Below, one piece after another: positions 59,401 through 64,000 of a DNA stretch of 64,000 nt. The translations under genes were made by a program, and so were the position numbers. Position 1 is the first letter of the stretch, and each line of letters opens with the position of its first letter. The DNA is from Azolla caroliniana. Taxonomy: Eukaryota; Plantae; Polypodiophyta. Location: contig JBHGNT010000017.1 of NCBI GenBank assembly GCA_043228905.1, positions 13,764,001 through 13,828,000 on the forward strand, given 5' to 3'. The notes below the pieces were generated by a model that was given only the letters and a program-made list of their open reading frames with translations, ran no database searches and was not told the DNA's origin.

Positions 59401-62400
59401 CAATATCTCGGCTTATTTGGACCTGCTTCGTCTGGGGGTTATAGCACTTATACCCCTTTTGCTCATGCGAGTAACCGACCAAGATGCACTTCTCCGACTT
59501 CGGATCAAGCTTCCTCCGCTTCTCATTCGGTACATGCACATATGCTATGCTGCCGAATATCCGAAGGTGTCTCAAATTCGGCTTGCGCCCGAAATACAGC
59601 TGTGTGCTAGCACCTTGTCATCGATCCGGTTTTGGATGTAGACGGTCGTCCGGACCACCTCAGCCCATTAGAATTTGCGCATGCTCTTCTCCTCCAGCAT
59701 TGTCCTCGCCACGTTGGCAATCAACCGGTTCTTCCTTTCGGCCATACCATTCTGTTCCAGTGTGTACCTGCAGCTGAATTCTCTCTGAATTCCCTTCTGT
59801 TGCAGATAACTGTTGAACTAGCCGGAAAAGTATTCTTTTCCGCCATTCGACCGTAGGCACTTGATCTTCCTCTATGTTTCCTGTTCAACCAATCTTTGAA
59901 AGTTCTGGAAACACTCGAAGACTTCTCGATGAGGTAGATCCACGTGTGCCAGCTGTAGTCGTCAATGAAGGAGACGAAGTATCGACTCCCGCCAAGACTG
60001 ACGTTCTGTGCCAGTCCCCATACATCCGAATGGATTAGGTCGAGCTTGTTATGGCTCTGGTTTCATTCGGTGGGGGATGGAAGCCGGTGTTGCTTCCCGA
60101 GTTGGCAGGCTTCACAAATTTTGGCCTTCCGGCCACTAAATTTCGGCAAACCAAAAACAACTTGTTTAGATTGGAGGTCCTAAAGCCTCCGGTAGTTGAC
60201 GTGGCCAATCCGGTTGTGCCACAGGTCAATGTCCAACTTGACCTTCTGCCCATTCGCAAACATAGCGGTGCCGACATCATTAGTGTTGAGGATGAACATC
60301 CTCCCTTCCCTACGTCCTTGCGCGATTATCGGGCTTTCTTCCTCAATGAAGCACCCAGGTGCGTAAACCTCACTTGCATTCCCTAGTCGACGATTTGTGC
60401 GACCGATACCAGGTTCTTTGTGATAGTTGGAACTTGTAATACGTTCATCAGCTTTCCCTTTTGTCCGACATGGCTTAAAGGGACTTCTCCGACATGCACA
60501 ATCGGGTGAGGGGTGTCGTCTCCGGTTTCGACAATCCCTGGTTGTTGCGGTTTTTCCAAAAAAGAGAACCACTCTTCATGGCATGTCATGTGGTTGGACG
60601 CTCCGGAATAAATGTACCATACTTCCTCCGATTTGGAAGTAGTCTTCTTCATCGAGTTAGCCTTGTGCTTCATCACGAAGGTCGGCCCTTTACCGATCTT
60701 CCCTATTCCAGATCCTTCTGATCCTTCCATGTAGTGCAAGCTTGGCCGGCTTTCCCGACCGGCTTTGCCAAATCCGGATTTGTCTGAATCGGCGCGCTTC
60801 TTCCGGCACTCACTTTCCATGTGGCCTTTCTTGCCACAGTACCAACATTCTGTGTCGGCCTTTCCTTGCCAGTTCCTGGCGTCGCTTTGACTCCCCCTGC
60901 TTGTGGAGGGTCCGAAACTTCTGTCGGCACTGTCTCTATGCCTTCGGTCCTGCTCTTGCCAACCGCCTCCATTGTGTGTCGACCCACCTCGTCCACCACG
61001 TCCATGGGGCCGATCTGTCTCTATGTACAGCATCCGGTTGTCCGATTGAGTGGTCCTCGACCCACTTGCGTGGTTTTCTTCGATCATCAGCATTGATTGC
61101 ATATCGAAGAAGGATGGTGGCTTCTCCCGGGTGCAGATTGTTGTCCGGATTGGCCCGTACCATTGTGCTAGACCACCGACGCAAATTTGGACCATCTTGT
61201 CTTCGTCCACCATCACGTTGATGAACCCGAGTGCGTCGCAAATCTCCTTTATCTTGGTGGTGTAGTTGGTCATGGACATGTCCCTTTGCCGGATGTTGTT
61301 CAGCTCTTGCTGGAGCTACAATTTTTGGGCCATGGTACTCGCGGCGAAAATCTTCCGTAGATTTTCCCAGGCCTCCTTCGGTGTCTTTATCTCCTTAATG
61401 TAGCCGAGCATTTGATCTTCCACATAGGCCGTGAGGCAATACAATACTCTGCTCTCTCCTTGCTCCCGTGCCAGGAAATCCTTGTGTGTCGGCTCCGACG
61501 CTACCTCGTTGGTTCCTTCCATGTAGCTTTGGCCAATATCCATGCCCCAGCCGATATTGGTGCATTTTATATGACCAGGACGCATAGTTGCCTCGATCGA
61601 GCTTCTCTATGGGAAGTAAACATGTCATACCTCTGTCCATATCTTTCTTTGTCTGTCCTTGCCGGATATCAGGGTTTGTCTTCAAAAGTGTCTGTCGGTT
61701 GCAGAGATTCTCAACCCTCGTGCTCTGATACCATGTCAAAGTAAACGTGCGGAACCGTTTGACAAACCGGCTCAGCCCGATAGCAACAGAAGATGAAAGG
61801 AAAAACTCAACACACACAAAGTACGCGTACGCAGGAGAGAGAGAGAGAGAGAGAGATGTTAGGAAACAGGTCCCTCCGGATGGGAAGTGAGAAGAATAGT
61901 GTTGATGAGCAACTCGGCCGAGGCCGATAGGCCGAGGCCAAATTCGGATGTGGAGTACCCAATAACGGAAGACCCGGTGAGAACCGGATGACGAGTACCC
62001 GGCAACGGAAGACCCGATGAGAACCTCTCACTAGATGAAGGGACATATATGTAAATATGTTCCAGAGAGCCCACCGGGGCTATATTTGTAAATAACCTGA
62101 AAGTCATATTAGTATAAATATGACCTAGGGTAAACTTGATTGGTTATGATGCAGAGTTGGTTGTGTGATTATCGTGGTGGCGATAATTCTGAGCGCAACT
62201 GTGTACAGAGAGAGAGGACGAGGAAGAGGTTGTTGCCTCTGTTGTAACCGCCTGGTGGCGAAGCGAGGGAGCAAGAGGTCATTGCCTCTGTGCCCCATTG
62301 TTGTAATCTTGATATAGTGATATTTTGCAGTCTAAGGGCTGCCGTGGTTTTTCCCAGATTTAGGTTTTCCACGTTAACATCTAGTGCACTCTCTTCTTTA

Positions 62401-62851
62401 CTGTTTCGTGTGTAGATACATCTCACCACATCCCTGCTTTCTGTGCTTGATCCGACGTCTTGGTTGTGGCCGAACATAGCTTAGGAAACCGTATTCCTAT
62501 CAAGAGAGAGAGAGAGAGCAGAACATAAACTCTATTCAAAATAACACTCTGAAAACTCTGTACATACAACGTGCTAAACATCATTATTTATACAAATCCT
62601 CAAAAGGACTGACAGAAGTACTATGTACTTTAATGCTCATACGAGCGACTAACACTAACTATGAGACAATGATTACCTAGTAGTCTAGGCTACTACTAGG
62701 TTTTCGGTTCGCACTTGAATCTGGCTCTCCGATCCATCTCCCCGATCTGGCCGGTTGTTTCCAGATACTATCCGAATATCAATCTAGCTCGTCCTTTCGG
62801 ATGCCTATCCGGCTCTCCGTTCCGGATCCGGTTGAGCTTGCTCGCTCATCA
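56252..62851 (-). mobile_element. Degenerate full-length copia family B (copy G); LTRs 56252-56757 and 61734-62851
   Basis: The PBS TGGTATCAGAGC is at 61722-61733, all pol domains are present as fragments, and the PPT is GAGGGGTAG. The LTRs match each other, but the flanks lack a TSD. Confidence 0.92.
61857..62502 (+). mobile_element. Solo LTR (Tork-like) inserted into the (GA)n of the copy G 5' LTR; TSD AGAGA
   Basis: The termini are TGTTAGG...CCTATCA. It shares CCCTCCGGATGGG and GCTATATTTGTAAATA with the A-family LTRs. Confidence 0.88.
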
Positions 62852-64000
62852 GTTATAACACTGATACCTTCTGCTCATGGGAGTAACCGACTAGGATGCA
62901 TTTCTCGGACTTCGGATCTAGCTTCTTCCGCTTCTCATCCGGTACATGCACATATGCTATGCTACCGAATATCCGAAGGTGCCTCAAATTCGGTTTCTGC
63001 CCGAAATACAACTCATGTGCTGACACCTTGTCTCCGATCCGGTTTTGGATGTAGACGGCTATCCCAACCACCTTAGCCCAGTAGAATTTGGGCATGCTCT
63101 TCTCCTCCAGCATTGCCCTTGTCGCATCGATAATCAACTGGTTCTTCCTGTCAGCCATACCGTTTTGTTCCAGTGTGTATCAACAGCTGAATTCTCTCTG
63201 AATTTTGTTCTGCTGCAAATAACTGTTGAATTGGCCAGAACAATATTCTTTTCCGCCATCCAACCATAGGCAGTTCATCTTCCTCTCGTTTCCCGTTCAA
63301 CTAAGCTTTGCATGTTCCGGAAACATTCGAAGACTTCACACTTTTGTTTGATGAGGTAAATCCATGTGTGACGGCTATAGTCGTCGATGAAGGAGACGAA
63401 ATACCGACTCCCACCAAGACTAACGTTTTGTGTCGGTCCCCATACATCTAAATGGATTAGATCGAGCTTGTTACGGCTCCGGTTTCGTTCGGTGGGAAAT
63501 GGAAGACGGTGTTGCTTCCCGAGTTGGCAGGCTTCACAAACTTGGGCCTTCCGACCACTAAATTTCGGCAAACCTAGCACAACATGTTTCAATTGGAGGT
63601 CCTGAAGCCTCCAATAATTGACGTAGCCTATCCGCTGGTGCCAGAGATCGATGTCTGATTCAGTCTTTTGTCCTTTGGCAAACATGGAGGTGCCGAAGTC
63701 ATTAGTGTTGAGGATGAACATCCTCCCTTCTCGGCGCCCTTGCGACGTCATTTGTCCGAATCCACGTGCTTCTTCCAGCACTCGCTTTCCCTGTGGCCTC
63801 TCTTGCCACAGTACTAACATTCTGTCTCGGCCTTTCCTTGCTGGTTCTTGGCACCGCTTTGACTCCCCCTGCTTGTGGAGGGTCCGGAACTGCTATTAGC
63901 ATTGTCTCTGTGCCTTCGGTCCTGCTCTTGCCGGCCGCCTCCATTGCGTGCCGACCCACCTCATCCTCCACGTCCACGGCTGAATATGCTCTTCAAATTC
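62852..64000 (-). mobile_element. Copia family B fragment (copy H): INT and gag knuckle, with an internal deletion at about 63750
   Basis: It reads LWHQRIGYVN...CEACQLGKQ...FIDDYSR. The zinc knuckle is joined directly to the GAG-pre-integrase region, so the protease is missing. Confidence 0.88.

Overview
This 64-kb window is a gene-free, heavily nested transposon region from a large plant genome. The host is plausibly a fern, inferred from a GxLERDVV..NSxIDMYxKCG-type PPR fragment and the TE repertoire. It holds about ten Ty1/copia pieces from two or three families, two degenerate Ty3/gypsy elements, a LINE RT fragment, three solo LTRs and a foldback MITE. One Tork/Tnt1-like copia (47623-53299) is fully intact and very young, with a CCATA TSD and a 1358-aa ORF. 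There are also three DNA transposons: a Sola2-like element, a Pack-MULE with a 9-bp TSD, and an unclassified CCC...GGG element with an 8-bp TSD. The main observations are: (1) the Sola2-like transposase has a 605-bp intron made almost entirely of the palindrome TAGCTAATTAGCTA, a motif that also sits beside the element's TIRs; (2) the same element appears to carry a convergent second gene with an FCP1/NIF (HAD) phosphatase-like domain; (3) a large inversion with a breakpoint at about 16-18 kb can be reconstructed from two pairs of TIRs now in direct orientation plus a split copia gag; (4) CCGG is visibly enriched across unrelated retrotransposon families. No intact host gene, RNA gene or CRISPR array was found. 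All coordinates and comparisons were made by eye.
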